Assembly: GCA_013239625.1 (NCBI GenBank)
Contig: MU053652.1
Location: 7,307,902-7,371,901, forward strand
DNA: 64,000 nucleotides
Direction: 5' to 3'
From: Lama guanicoe
Taxonomy: Eukaryota
Shown here: positions 1 through 13,829 of the stretch, in pieces
Numbering within the stretch: the stretch's first letter is position 1
How the letters are laid out: each line of letters opens with the position of its first letter
The notes under the pieces: generated by a model
What the model was told of the DNA's origin: nothing
Database searches by the model: none
The model's input: the letters and a program-made list of their open reading frames with translations, nothing else
Program-made: the position numbers and the translations under genes

Positions 1-216
1 AGCCCCATTCTCCACAGTACGTTCTCAGCTCCCCAAACAGTGCCTGAGAGTATTTGATGAATGAGTGAATAAATGGAAAAATCTTAGATATGATCCCATG
101 ACTTTTCTGCTCTGTATTCTTTCTACCCCACTTTAATAGTCTGTACACCATTAAAGATTACAAAGTTTGCATATACTGAAACATATATATCCTAAAAAAT
201 TTATGCTAATACTGAC

Positions 217-565
217 TGTATTACTTAGTATTCTCTAGGAAAACAAATCAATAGATTGTGTGTGTGTATATATATATATATATATACACTCATATATATA
301 CATATATGAGAGAGAGAGAGAAAGACCTGTTGATGAATTGGCTCACACAATGATAGAGGCTGGCAAGTTTAACATTTTCAGGGTGGTCTGAGAGGCTGAA
401 GACCCAGAGAAGAGCTGATGTTGAAGTCTGCCAGCAGAATTTGGTTCTATTTAGGCCTTCAGCCGATTGGATGAGGCCCACTCACTATACAGAGAACAAC
501 CTGCTTTACTCAAAGTTCCCCAGTTTACATGTAAATCTCATCCAAAACCATCCTCACAGAATCAT
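217..565 (-). mobile_element. MLT2-type ERVL LTR fragment with internal (TG)n(TA)n(GA)n microsatellite
   Basis: Resembles recalled reverse-strand MLT2 motifs (aattggctcacacaat, gattggatgaggcccactcac, tgctttactcaaag, aatctcatccaaaaccatcctcacaga). Microsatellite at ~258-320. Confidence 0.75.
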
Positions 566-2264
566 CACTTTTAATATATCCCCCAAATGCCAACCATCAT
601 CTTTTCACCTTAATTAAATGATGAAATAATTCAGAATAAAAACACTGTGAACATTTGAAAATATAAGTATATATCACATGACTATTACCTGCATGGCTCT
701 TTGCTTGATGCTGGCCTCCAACAGATGAATGAAATAGACAGACTTCCCATAGTCATAGAACTGACAGTTTGATGGTGAAATAAATATATTCATAAGATCG
801 TATGATTTTTATGTGCAACATGAAAAGAAACCTAAATTTTCTCGACTCAGTGTCACAGTTACACGTTTATGAAGCTGATTTCTTTTTTTCTCCACAACGC
901 TCACCCTATAACCGTTCCGTCAGCCTCCCTGACCTTTTCCAACAGTGACATCCACAAAGAACACAGCTGTGTCACCAGGACGTCAACATGATCGTTTGCT
1001 AGTTTGGATGAGTTACTGTGATGCTCAGAGTCTCTGTGTCTTCATTTCTAAAGGGAGTGTGATCATTTCTCCGTTGTCACAATGGGATGGTAATGTGATT
1101 GACAGAAAGATGGAAGGTCTTAGTGGCAAATGGTTGGGAAATTCACAGCAATGGGAAAAACAGAACAGTTACATAAAGCAGGGTAAAACCCAGTGAGGTT
1201 TTGGAGACCAGTATATTTCCCCTGCACCCCCATGGGATTACGCAGCTTCGGGTGACACTGCTTGAATGGAGCAGTGTCCCACTAGGTGGGAGAAGCTTCC
1301 TTTGCCATTTTCAAGGTTTTTATATTTTATTTTTATTTTCATTTTTAATACTCTACTACTGGTATCAGATGGGCTGCTCTGAAAACGCTGGCTAAATGCC
1401 TGCCTCCTGACTAGGTGCAAATAACTAGCACAAAACAAAATTAGCACCTTCCCGAGTGTTTATGTGGAGGTGGGATGAAGTGGAGCTCTACTACCCGCTA
1501 TCAGGCTTCAGCCCGCCTGCACTTAGCTCCATGAGGGTCCGTCTTGAAAACTAGCTCACAAAGACTCTCCATGGAGATGTTTAAAGCACCCAGCCCATGA
1601 TGGGCACCCATCAGTTAAAAACTGGAATTCCATGACATGAATAATATTGGCCAGAAACTTATGAGCTGGGTTCTCTTTATTGCTAATGTCACTCATAACA
1701 GCAAGTTATTATTATTATGTAATTCTGTATGTTATCATGCAGTGTTCTATACTTACTGCATATTCAGATTTTTCATATTCCCAACCTTTGAATGTAACAA
1801 GTTCTGGTGATTATATAATATCCTATTCTGTATTTTTCTCAGGAACAAGTGTATATGCTTAAAAAATGACTACACAAATATTTAACTGGTTTCAGTCAGA
1901 ATGAGCTTTCTCTTGATTTTCTTCACGTTAAGAATAGCAAGCTATACTATTTTGACTACAAATCACACATTTTAAAAAGCCATTCAGTTGTGTTACATGA
2001 CAAATGAAAATATGCAATACTTGTGATTGTGTTTTTGTATTTACTGCTTTAATATTTTCTTTATTTATGATGCCATATTTGTCTTTTCCTCAGTCTAAAT
2101 GTAAAAGCACTTTCAACTCCAACTACTCTTGCCGTGTGAAGAAACTGTTATAAAGGACTGTTGTCTGTTGGTAAAATTAAGAAATGATGAAATAAAGTGT
2201 AGAGTATAAAAGCAAACCTGATTGCGCCAGGCCACTCAAATAGCATGACACCCTCACCACCGGC

Positions 2265-2322
2265 ATACACACAACATTCATGTTCACACACACACACACA
2301 CACGCAGAGAAACACGCACATA
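2265..2322. repeat. Imperfect (CA)n microsatellite
   Basis: cacacacacacacacacacgcagagaaacacgcaca. Confidence 0.85.
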
Positions 2323-2361
2323 CCTGAAAAACCCTGTTGACAATCTATCTCTCCGGATGGA

Positions 2362-2880
2362 GGCAAAGCCCTCCACCGTGCCTATGAGGCCCTTCCTGAT
2401 CCAGTTCCAACACTGTCCTCAGCCCCATCGCATTCCACGATGCCTGGGCACCCTCTGCTTTGCCACAGTGACCTCCTTCAGTCGCTCAGCTGAGTATACC
2501 CTCTCCTGCCACCACGCCTTAAGACATGGATAGTCTTCTGCCTGGAGCGTCCCTCCTTCCCCCGCTGAGTGGTTAACTTCCAAGAATTCTCCAGAGCTTC
2601 TTTACAGAAGTCATCATTGACCTTCAGGATTCTATAAAATACAGCAACCACAGAGTCTAAGCATCACATAGCTCACCATCACACTTGTCTCCCTGCAATT
2701 TCACATTTGCTTGTGTGAACACTTAAATTACCATGCCTGCCTCCCCGTCTGCATTCGACGGTGGGGTTGGTGGGGCAGAAAATCCTTGTGAGTTTCTGCT
2801 CACCATTACATTCCCCTAGTGCCCAGCACTTTGCCTTGGTGTAGTAGAAGCCTGAAAAATATCCGCAGGAAGTGAATATG
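2362..2880 (+). mobile_element. L2 LINE 3' fragment
   Basis: L2-like motifs gaggcccttcctgatcca, tctgcctggagcgtccctcc, cctagtgcccagcactttgccttggtgtagtagaagc. Confidence 0.6.
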
Positions 2881-5379
2881 AGCAGTGTGTGAAAGCGTGG
2901 AATGTTGGCCAAATTCCCAGCTCATATATTTGTGCAACTGGATATCAGGAGTCATACTAGATGGTTTAATTTATCTGTTTGGAATACTGAAATTTAAAGA
3001 TTTCAATGAATGAAGTGCTATTTGTTCCTGCCCCTGATTTTGATTCCTTAGGGCATCTGCTAATTTGCCGAGTGCCTTTGATGAAAATGTTTGCATTCTG
3101 TTTAATTTTTGTTTGTTTCCTTGTCATCCTCAGGGAATAGAATGCCTGTCTGACTCACCCTGACAGATCAGCTATGGCAGGTCTGCTGTTATAGAAAATG
3201 CTCCACCCCAAAGGCGGTAGCTCTCCTGCAGGGAAGACTCATGAGCAAATGCTGTCATTAGCAACCACGCATTGCTGAAGACACGCACTGAGAAAATATG
3301 TCAGGCATTGTTTCTGTGTACAGGTTTTAGTCTGAAACTATGAAGAATTGTCAGGATATTGATTACAGATTAAAACAACACCCTTTAACTTAAATCCTGA
3401 GAGTTTCCTTTGTCATTTTAATTTTCTTTAGTTTTCTTGCCCATTTAAAAAAATCAGTGCATTTGCCCCCATATTTTTCAGGGAAGATGCTATTATCAGA
3501 GAATCTTTTAGCTATGCTATTTCATGTCACTTTTTATATATGTTTATTTCATATTTCTTGGTTGAAAAATCATCAAAAGAAATCTTCCCTAAAGCTAGGA
3601 CAATAGCATATCAAAATGCCTCATTTAAGATCCTTTTTTCTTTTTCAAATGTGCATACAACATACTGCACTGTTCTATGCATAAAAGATAGTCCATGAAT
3701 ATTTGTGGAATTACCAAGCACTTAAAATAGTTAAATATCTGTATATTTCTCACCTAACACACCACTCTGAAAAATAGTGACACTTCATTTAATTTGGCCA
3801 AGACAATTTTTTTTTTAATATCCAAAACTATAAACTGGAGTGATAATCCTTTGCTCTGTGTGGGGCAACAATGTTGGGTGAGTGGACTAATCTGACCAAG
3901 AATGAATTCCCTTGAAAATAACAGTAATGAGAGAGTAACAATCAGGAATAAGAGCAAATTGTTAATGGGGACTTCTGAGATAATCGTCTTTAGGCTTTTT
4001 TCTTTCAGGATGTTATAGTTCAGGGTGTATCTATGCTTCGTTGACAATTAAAGAAGGATTTGAAAGGAACAGAAACGTTAGAGGTTCAAGCATAAGACAT
4101 AGTAGGAAAGGAGCCAGAATGATTATTTAATATACTAGCATTTAAATAAATAGTTATAATAGAAAGTTTCTCATCTAATGAGTAGAACCTGTTGTTGGTT
4201 ACATCATTAAAAAGCAGTGAATGTGAAGAATCATTAAAAAGTGATTAATGCATACCTCAAATACCGGATTGTAGTCAAAAACACACAAATTTACTGTTTA
4301 TTCACCTGTTTTGAGATGAGGCCAAGAATCTGAGTGATGTCCTATGCCTGAAGGTCCTCATCTTCTTTCTCATGCAAACCACGCCCAGAATGCATCATTT
4401 ATGCTTTCAGTTCGAATTACATTAGAGTAGAGAAAGAAGTTAACACTTCTAAAGCAATCTAAGTTTCTATCGTAATATTTTACACTTGTGCCACTTCCAC
4501 CTAATTTAACAGCATTTTAATCAGTTCTTTATAAAATATCCAAAGAAACAACACCTTCATGGTCATAAAAACATCTCATTCGATTTTATATGATGTTAAT
4601 GTACGTAATTACAGCAGCAAGAACAACTGGCTTTCGCTGCTAAAGAAACAAACACAACTGTTTAGCCTTTGGTAAGCTACACAGTTCAGGAAGGACCAGG
4701 AAGAGAGCAAGAGTGCCTGGTTACCTACAGAATAGTCTACCAGCGACTGGGCGGGCCAGTGGCAGCCCACATTGTGAAATAGCTTCTGCAGACACCTGCA
4801 AGCTATGTGATGCAGAGAAGTGCATTCACAGAAGAACTGTGGGTGAACAGTTCTTGGAATGGTGGAATGAGAAGCATTAGTGAATCCAACAGTTTGGTTA
4901 ATTCCAACTGAACAATTTTCTCTGAAAAATTTACTTGTCCTTTATTTTAAAATAGTGTGTTAGTGACATTTGAAAAAAACTGAAAATTAAAACCAGATAC
5001 ACACAATGCATCACCTGGAAAATCACTATAAGTCTTTTCAATCATTCTAAATCCATAAAGTTCTTTTACACCTGGACCACATACAAGACAATGGTTTTAA
5101 ATGGAGTTCATGTTTTTAGCAAATAGTGCATGCATCATATAACTATATAACTATACGTACTACTAATAAACCATTATTCCTGTCATAACTAATAAATATT
5201 AGTAGAGATGTTGGATCTATAATTAGAGTTTCTAGATTTCCTTTTTTCCATAAACCCCCTGTACAAAAGAGAGATTTTCGTAAACATTATAAAGGATGTG
5301 AATCACTAATACGGAAATTACATGAACGTTTAAAAGGTTTATTATTTTTTGTAATATTATATTCTTTTAACAGTGCCTT

Positions 5380-5490
5380 AACCATTTACAAATGAAGATA
5401 CATGGGTACAGAAAAGTTAGAGACACTCTCAAGATTACCTTCCTAGGTAGTTAATGGTAGAGTCAGAATTAGAACCCAGCTCTCTTCTCA
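5380..5490 (-). mobile_element. MIR SINE fragment
   Basis: ccatttacaaatgaagatac...gagtcagaattagaacccag, similar to the MIR core. Confidence 0.55.
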
Positions 5491-7144
5491 ATATTGTAAT
5501 ATACATCACTACCTGATAAAAGTCTACTGTTTATGATCTAGGTGAAGAGTATGCTGTAATAGTCTGAGGGTATGTTTTCTTCCTAAATGTAGTTTCCTCT
5601 ATTAAAGTGGTAGATTTCTAGCACCTTTAATTCATTTCCCACTCATAATTTAAAATTGTAGCAATTTTTATAAGCAATTATAGAGCAACAAAATATCTTC
5701 CCAAAAAATGCTTTTTCAAAATGGCACCTGAAGTTAAAAGAATTTCAGGATTTGTTTGAAATAAAGGTACCCTGTGTTATTGCCTCCAGTGTCTCGTATA
5801 TAATTCTGAAGTCCAATTGTTGAGTGTTGACCACTTAAAATTAGGAACTACTTTGGCTCAGTTCACTTGGTCAGGCACCTAGCGCAGCCTCACATAAATG
5901 GTGCATAATGGATTCTTGTTGTTGGACTGACTACCTCTGATCCTTTCTCTTCCTTTAGATAATCTCCAAGTGTTTCTTAAATGTTATATGTGTTTTAGTT
6001 CTCTTCACCTCAAGCCTGGAAAAGAGAAATGCATTCTCTACACTCTTCCCCTACTTGGTGCTGGAGTCAGGTAAAACTGTTCTGAGCTGGGATAAAAGCT
6101 CAGTAGACCGGGGATAAAAAAACCCTGCGGGTGTGTGGGTGTACTCCCAGAAAAGTGTGTGTGGCTGGTGGTAAAGCAAATAAGTGGTCCTTGTAAAAAC
6201 TTCAGTTTCTTCATTGTCCTTCAAGCACTAAAACAAATCAGTTAAACAAGTTACTTACTAAGTACCCACTACATGTCGGGTGTGCTTTGAATTTTCATAT
6301 ATTATTCTTTCAATCATTATGGCGACCTTGTGAGTCAATGAAGTGAACACTCATGACTTTTCCTGGTCAGAACTCCATCTCCTACTGGGAAATGCCCCCA
6401 CAATTCTTCTGTGAACTCATTTCTCTGCATAATGTAGCTTGCAGGTGTCTGTGGAAGCTGTCTGTTTCAATTTGCGCATACCGTCTGGCCACATCTAAGA
6501 GAACTGATGTGGTCATCTGATGGGTGGAGGGGTCCTTTCCAAGGATATTGGAACTAAAAGGGGAAGCCAGTATCTTTCTCCCTCTAATGACTGAATTCTT
6601 TAATGTGTAAATGCAGAAGGTGTTGGCAGGTATATTGTATCACATATTTGAGGGACAAAAACAGCCGGGATGCTGGAAGCAAGAAAAAAAAAAAAGGTGA
6701 CTGATGGAAAGCCACAGAGACAAAGGATGGATCATAGTTCAGATCAGCTTTCTGTGCCTTCATTCACTCCCATCTGTAAGGCTTCCTCGCAGGTCTCTCC
6801 TCTCTGAAAATTGCTGGCTCCCAAGTCCATTTGTAATTATTGCCTCTGACCTGTCTCTCCCCACTGCTACCTCCAACTCTGTTCCCAGCCGCACTGCACA
6901 AACTGCCACTGTGATAAGTCCATCACGCTCATCACGGATTTCAGTTCTGCCCCAGTTTCTCTTGGATGCCCAGCTCTCCTCTCTTCTTCAAGGCCATTAC
7001 TTCAAGACCTCCTCCAGTTCAGGGAAGACACCTCTTTATGTTTTCATAAGCAGCCCCACTTTCCCTATTCTAGAGCTGATTTTGTCATCGTATATTCTAA
7101 GTAAATGCCTGCTCAGTTGACTGAATTCTCTATTACAGTGAGAG

Positions 7145-7791
7145 TGTTGCTGGTGGATCCAACCAGTGTTCCAGGTTCTTGTCCCGTCCCAGAAAGAATT
7201 CAGAGACAAGACATAGAGGTTAAAAAAAATTAAGTGAATATTTATTAAAGGATGGATAGAACACTCTCAAGGGGGCAGCGGGCAGGCTCAGGTGAGAGGC
7301 TGCCCTGAATTTCTTTGGCAAGTTAGTTACACAGGGTGTAAAAATGAATGGGCAGAATATTCATTGAGGACGGAAGGGCTTGGGGTTGTATTTCCTGATT
7401 ATCATCCCAACTCCACCTTCCCAAAGGGAGGAGGGATTTTTGTCCTTATTTAGTCTGGATCGGAAGTGTCATGGCATCACTGCATGATAGGTACTTCTGA
7501 TCTGCAAGACTAATTTTATTGAATTGAGGGCATGATGAGCAAAAGGTTACATCCAGACACAGGAAATTCCTGCCTTTTTTCACCTTTCTTTGTTGGTCTC
7601 CGGGCCAAACGGTGTGGCCCCTTATCAGACCTAAGATTTCTGCTTTTCTTTCTCTGCCTAGGGACCCCTGGTGCTTACATGATGTATGTTTTCCTGCATT
7701 TGGCTTGTGCCCTTCAATTCTGCCCAGTTCCTGCCATTTGGTCTGTGTCCCCATTTCTCTGCTCATATCTAGCTATCTGCCTGCTCTAACA
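7145..7791 (-). mobile_element. Solo LTR (ERV1-like, 647 bp) inserted into an L2 3' end
   Basis: TG...CA termini (tgttgc...ctctaaca). Minus-strand AATAAA (tttatt 7241-7246) lies ~100 bp from the LTR 3' end. 4-bp flanks agag/ggag. The flanks rejoin into L2-like gtgagagctccttgag...cacagttcctggcacag. Confidence 0.8.
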
Positions 7792-8086
7792 GGAGCTCCT
7801 TGAGCCTATGGATCACAAGTGGCTTGCCCACCACTATACGTCTAGCACACATAGCACAGTTCCTGGCACAGAGAAGGTGAGCCATGAGGATTCTTGAATA
7901 GATGTAAGATTAATACATATTTAAATATTCCAGAGTAGGGAGATCTCTAAGTCAGATATCCCTAAGTATTGTAATTAAGTGCTCTTCAAAAAACAAAATT
8001 GACATCAAGTTATTTTCTAAGAACAAAAATTCTCATACCTTATTCCTAGCAATATCTAACTGATTGTTGTCCTATACATTTCATTC

Positions 8087-8256
8087 TTTTTTTAACACTT
8101 TTTATTGATTTATAATCATTTTACAATGTTGTGCCAAATTCCAGTGTTCAGCACAATTTTTCAGTCATTCATGGACATATACACACTCATTGTCACACTT
8201 TTCTCTCTGTGAGTTATCATAACATTTTGTGTATATTTCCCTGTGCTATACAGTGT
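8087..8256 (-). mobile_element. Young 5'-truncated L1 3' end (camelid-like)
   Basis: Poly-T followed by aacactttttattgatttataatcattttacaatgttgtgccaaattccagtgttcagcac...ttccctgtgctatacagtgt. Confidence 0.75.
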
Positions 8257-8419
8257 TTTCTCGTCTCCCATCTCTGCTGGAGCCAGTCCCTCTGCTTGCA
8301 ACATGGATTCTTTCTCCTCCAGCTTCCGTGACCAACTCCTACCCTCCTGTCCATCCGTCTCTGTCAGGAGGCCTCTCTGAACCACTGACTAGTGTCCTGT
8401 CCTCTTCACTCTCAGAAAA

Positions 8420-8570
8420 GTCAGGTTTTAGTCCAAATTCTATTTCTACTGCACTGCATGATACAGAGCAAATAACCTCCCCCTTTTGGCCTCTATTTCC
8501 TTGTTTCTAAAAGGAAGGGGTTGTACTGGATTATTCATCTTTAATTCCTTTTAGCAGCCAAGTTCTCTCA
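8420..8570 (+). mobile_element. MIR/MIR3 fragment
   Basis: gagcaaataacctccc...ggcctctatttccttgtttctaaaaggaaggggttgtactggatta. Confidence 0.5.
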
Positions 8571-11104
8571 TTTTATAAATAAAATTCTTTCATGAAGTCC
8601 AATATACCCATTAATGGAAGTCTAGGCAGAGAGTGAATGTCTCTTCTTTCGTCCAGGGAGCTAAAAGCATCTCGGAATCAGGGAAACCACCCCACCCTCC
8701 GTGTCCCAAAAGAGGCCAGCTTTGCGAACACCAGGGGGCACCTCTCTTAGGAGGGAGACCACTGCAAGGGGCGTTGGTCACACTATCACATAAATGTCCT
8801 CTCTAATACAAGAGGAGACAATTGACTTCTTTGTTATCTGAAAGTGGAAATGAAGGACTTCCCTTCTCCTGAGGGTGGATGCGCAGGGAAGGAGATTCAG
8901 TTCATAAAAGGATGAACATAAAGCTAGTCTTGAAAAAGCAGTCTGTGGATCAGCTGGGTCCTTGGAAGGAGCTGCATACAGGAACCAGAAAACGCAAACT
9001 CCAGAGAACTAGCAGTCTCAAGCATCCAAATTTGATTACCTTGGGCCACATCTTAACATTTTATTAATTTGACCATTCAAAATTTCTGTGCTATCAGATC
9101 AATTTGTTGTTGCGATAATACTGAGTCCCACCCTCTCCGCATACTAAGTTAAAAATAAATAGAAAGCAGATCGCCTTCTAAAAAGAGTGAACACAAACAA
9201 ATCAGAAAGATTATAAAATGGAAAAGTCCATTGCTTCCTTTTTGTTGACCAATCTTTAGGGTAGAGTTTTATGATTCACAAAGCAAACCTTGTTCTGGCA
9301 CCATTTATATTTCAACTACTAATCAAGAAAATAATGGCTAAAAGTGCCAAGGCTCAAGGCTTAGATGCGTCCATTGAATCGATTTCTTTGCTGGAGCTAA
9401 AATTTAATAGGTTGCCAAGAGAGCCAAATTAATGATGCATTCTTTTAAAAAACCCTTCCAACTATCTCAGCGTTTCACTTTTCATATAGAAAAGCATGCT
9501 CTTCCTTACTGTCTTTGTATAGAAAAATTACATTCTAGTCAGTTTGCTAAAAATTCGAATTTACTAGTATTTTAAAATTTTAAACAAAGACAATGCTTCT
9601 ATGGCTTGACTTACTTTTATACCTGCTTTTATACCTGAGTATTATTCAGTATCAATGTTACAAAGAAAACTGATTTAAAGGATAAGGCTTGGTTAGAGGG
9701 GAAGCAAAAGTAGAATAAGGTGGTTGGCTCTGGAGAGTCTTAGAAGAAATCTCATTGATACAATATACAGCTTCGTTCCAAATAAAGCAAAAAGGAAGTA
9801 AAATGTGTATCTTTATAGTATCACCTTTTCTTTGGATAACTGTTGAAAAGTTCTGCCTACTGTGATTATTTACAGGATTTACAAATAATGTAATGTAGTT
9901 GCTAAGGAAAATATATTATTTGAGAAGTTATGAGGGACTAAAACTGAGGTGGTCTGGTCCGCTGATATATCATATTGACTCAGTGCCAAGTAAGTATCTT
10001 TGCTTCTTAATGGATTTTCACCAAAAGGTGGGGCTGCATTTCACAGAGAATTTACCTCTAAAGAGCTGAGAAAGGTTAGAATGCTTGTTTATATATGTGT
10101 CAATTAATCTTTAATTTTACCCTTCTTTACATTCAAGTTTCTCTCTGATCAAAAAAAAAAAAAAAAGACTTAACTATACAGTATAGTTTCCTAAACATAT
10201 TTTATGTAGCCTAAAAGCTACATTTTTTTCTGGCATAAATAAAGGACTGTTTTAATTATTGTTGTTTCCTTTAAAAATTTAAATACCTTAGTATTGATAT
10301 TTGATTTTTAAGATAGACATGATCATGTTGATGTTTCATCCCACACAGTACCATTTTTTCCCATTAATTAATTCTAGCTGGGCTCTCATATGTGGAACAG
10401 GGAGGGGATGCAGTAGGGAGTCAATTGAGGCTGCAAACTAACAATTAATAATTTAGGGACAGAGAGAGGTTGCAACCACAAACCTTTTGTAAAAAGGCAT
10501 AGTTTGAATTTCAGAACATAATAATCTACTGGTTGTATGTTATAATTTTTTTTTATTCTCTGAAGAGAATATTCTTTTGAATTCTCTGAAGCCAAACAAA
10601 AGGAATGAAAAATTATTTGAAAAGTGAATTGGGTGCCGAGTAAAACTTCTCCTGTTCAATGATGTATCTTAGAACTTGAAATAGTAATTTCTCTTATTTT
10701 GTAATGTGTCTTATTTCAGCACACCAAACATTAAATGAAGTGTAATAGGCTGTATAGAAATGCCAAGACAAGTAATAATTTACATGCTCTCTTTTGTATA
10801 TAAAACAAGTCTATATTATATATTATAAACCTTGTGGAATCCTGACACAGAAAAATCCATGTTCAAATCAGTTCTTGTAGAGATAAACAACCGCTGATGT
10901 AAACTAGATGATGATTAGCCAACATCTTTTCTGATCTATCTTCCTGAAGCAGAAACTACTGAAATAGATGAGTTTATTTCCATTTAAAAATTATAGTTAA
11001 ATATAAGATAATCTTTGAGGAGAGATTTGAAAGGCATTTGTTTTTCTTTTGTGGTGAATGCTTTCCAAATTTTCTTATATAATAAGCCTATTACTTTATA
11101 ATTC

Positions 11105-11226
11105 TTATTTTTTTATTGAAGTGTAGTTGATTCACAATGTTAGTTTCAGCTGTACAGCAAAGCAATTCAGTTATACATATACATACATATGTATATTTTT
11201 TCAGATTCTTTTCTGTTACAGCTCAA
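11105..11226 (-). mobile_element. Short L1 3' end with TSD
   Basis: tttttattgaagtgtagttgattcacaatgttagtttcagctgtacagcaaagc, flanked by tattacttta at 11089-11098 and 11227-11236. Confidence 0.75.
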
Positions 11227-11369
11227 TATTACTTTAGACTTGCATTTATCAGCATGATCTCCTTCAAGGCTTTTATGTTCTTGATGGCATTTAAATTTTG
11301 CTAATAGCAACAAATAGTTGAACCACTAAAAACAATAACACAAATACTGTACACTTATAAAGTCTTTTC

Positions 11370-11520
11370 ATATCGGCCTAATCATCATAACAACTGGGTG
11401 GGCAGAGCTGAGAGCAGGTATGAATATCCCTGTTTTACAGATAAGAAAATTGTGTTTCCCAAAAGATAAATGATTGACATTGTCCCAGGCTCCAACAGGG
11501 TGTATGAGTATCTCTATTTT
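11370..11520 (-). mobile_element. MIR fragment
   Basis: atccctgttttacagataagaaaattg...ttgtcccagg. Confidence 0.55.
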
Positions 11521-11809
11521 ATTCATGGTCACAATAAGCCTTTTACTTAAGGAGTCAAAGCATGGCACATCCAAGTTGGAAGACATCATTGTTCAGGTTA
11601 AGGAGAGGGTTACTTATGAATAAGAAAGCATCATTGCAGACAAGCACAGGATTTTCCTAAATCATTCTCCAAGCTGGCTACCTCGGTTCTGTTTTCATTT
11701 CACAATGTGTAAGGGAATCAAGAATAAGAGAATAGAAAAATAGATGGGGAACTTTTTTCTTTTATAAGGATGGTCAGTGAAAGCCTTTCTAATAAGGCGA
11801 TTTTTGAAT

Positions 11810-13560
11810 CCTTACAAACACATGTCCAATAACACCAAAGCAAATCTTGACAAATTGAATTCAGCACCACCTGTTTTCTAAAAAAATAGCATAGCATACA
11901 ATAGGGCTTACCTCAGGAATGCTAGAATAACTTAATATTTAGAACATTAAAAAAATAATTTATAATATTGAGATATTTAAGGATAAAGATAAATTTATCT
12001 CAACAGATACAGGAGAAACATTTGGTTAAAGGTAATCATCATTCATTATTAAAATTGTTAGTAAACTAAAAATAGAAAAGAGGCTTCCTTAATAAATATT
12101 AACTAATGAAATACAACAAATATTAATGTCAAAATATCAAAAGTATTCCCTTTAATATCTAAACAAGACATGGATCACCTCTTATAATCAGCACTGTACT
12201 GGAACTACCAATGAAATGAGACAAAAAAGCCACATGGTTGTTGTAAAGAAACCAATGTGGTATTATTTGTTGATTAGTTAAGTCTACACATAAAATTTAA
12301 AGTTATTAACAGATTTTATAGCTACTAGATGTACCTTACCAGCTATTAACACTTAAATAACTATAGAAATGAAAACAGCATGATGTTGGTATAGGGACAG
12401 CCAAATAGATCAATGATATAGAACAGAAAACAGGAAAGCATACATAAACTTTTGAGGGAATTTGAATAAAGTTAGAGAACTGTCATTACAAATGGTGGGA
12501 ACGGTTGGGCTAGTCAATAAATGGTACTGAAAAATATTGGCCATCCATACAGGGAAAAATAAAAATATATATCCTTCTTCATAGTATATATAAAACTCAC
12601 CTCATATTAGGGACCTTAATATGAAAGCTAAATATTTAAAATGTTGAGAAGAATTTTTAGTAAAATGTCATGACATCAGAGTAGGAAGGATTTTGTAAGC
12701 ACAACTCAAGAAGCAAAAGTATAAAAGACAATAATGAGAAGTATGTCTAAAAGTTGTACATTTCTGACCCATAAGAACACCATCAACAAGCTAAAACTCA
12801 AGCCCCATTTTGCAGCAGGCTGTGGCACAGAGGGAGTAGTGAGGTCCGGTGTCCATCTAGGATAGGATCAGGGATGTCACAAAAGAGGAAACCCAGATTT
12901 CCAATGAAAAATGTGGAAAGATGCTCAACCTCACTAATAATTGCAGAACTGCTATTATAATAACAAGAAAAGCCATTTCACCTCCATTAGACTGGCGAAA
13001 ATTAATGAGAATGACAATACCTGAACAACTGTTTGAAAGAATAGGAAGAAAAGGGGGTTCTCATATTCTGCCCTTGGAGGAGAGAGTAATTTGTCAATAC
13101 CTTAAAAAGTTGATGGTATTGAACCTGAAATATCGTGCCTAAGCATAAAACCTAGAGGAGTTCTTCCACGAGAGCACTAGGAAACTTCTTTGCTTGTTTT
13201 TAAGAATCAAAAGAATGGAAGAACAACACAAATGTCAATCAATATAGGAATGCAAAAATTAATTATAGCACATTCGTAAAAAGGACAAACCAGACTTACC
13301 TGTATCAAAAGGCTGAATCTCAGAATTATAAATGTAAGGGAATAAAATAAAATTCTTAGCTATTCTATGCTACCATTTGTGAAAGTCTTAAAAAGCATCC
13401 CAAACAGTATGGTAAGTCATATGATCTATCATAAAAATATAAAATACATGGATGGAAAAAATACACATCAACTTCAGAATATTAGTCACCTCAGATAGAG
13501 GGATGGGAATGGGGTGGGAGGAAGCTTCTACTTAACTGTAGTATTTCGTTTAAAAAAAAA
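11810..13560 (+). mobile_element. Ancient degenerate L1 (L1ME/L1M-like) ORF2 and 3' region
   Basis: A-rich sequence with decayed ORF2 landmarks: atctcaacagatacagga, cagcactgtactggaa, aaatagatcaatg, gtcaataaatggtactg, aaagatgctcaacctcactaataat. Confidence 0.7.
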
Positions 13561-13829
13561 AATTCCGGGGTGGGTAATCTGGGCTAGTTGTGAACAAGAA
13601 AAAAAAAGTTACCAAAATAAAACCAGAGAGATTGCCTCCCCTCTCATCTCACTAATTTGAAGTTTGGGTTATACATGTGAGCTATTTTTCTATCCGTTCT
13701 ACTCTAGATAACATTAATGTGTCACTAATTTCTACCTCTGCCCAGAAAGGAATTCAAGCTCAACGGGAAAGTCTCTTTTTGTACTCTTCCCAGAAACTCT
13801 ATTGTAATTGACAGGTGGCTTACAGTGTC

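Noticed and set aside
6704..7120. 138-aa ORF and other 60-160 aa intergenic ORFs
   Set aside because: Composition reflects L2/LTR/low-complexity DNA; no recognisable domains or supporting splice structure.
13500..13518. G-quadruplex motif GGGATGGGAATGGGGTGGG
   Set aside because: It lies in the G-rich 3' part of an old L1, a common and unspecific occurrence.
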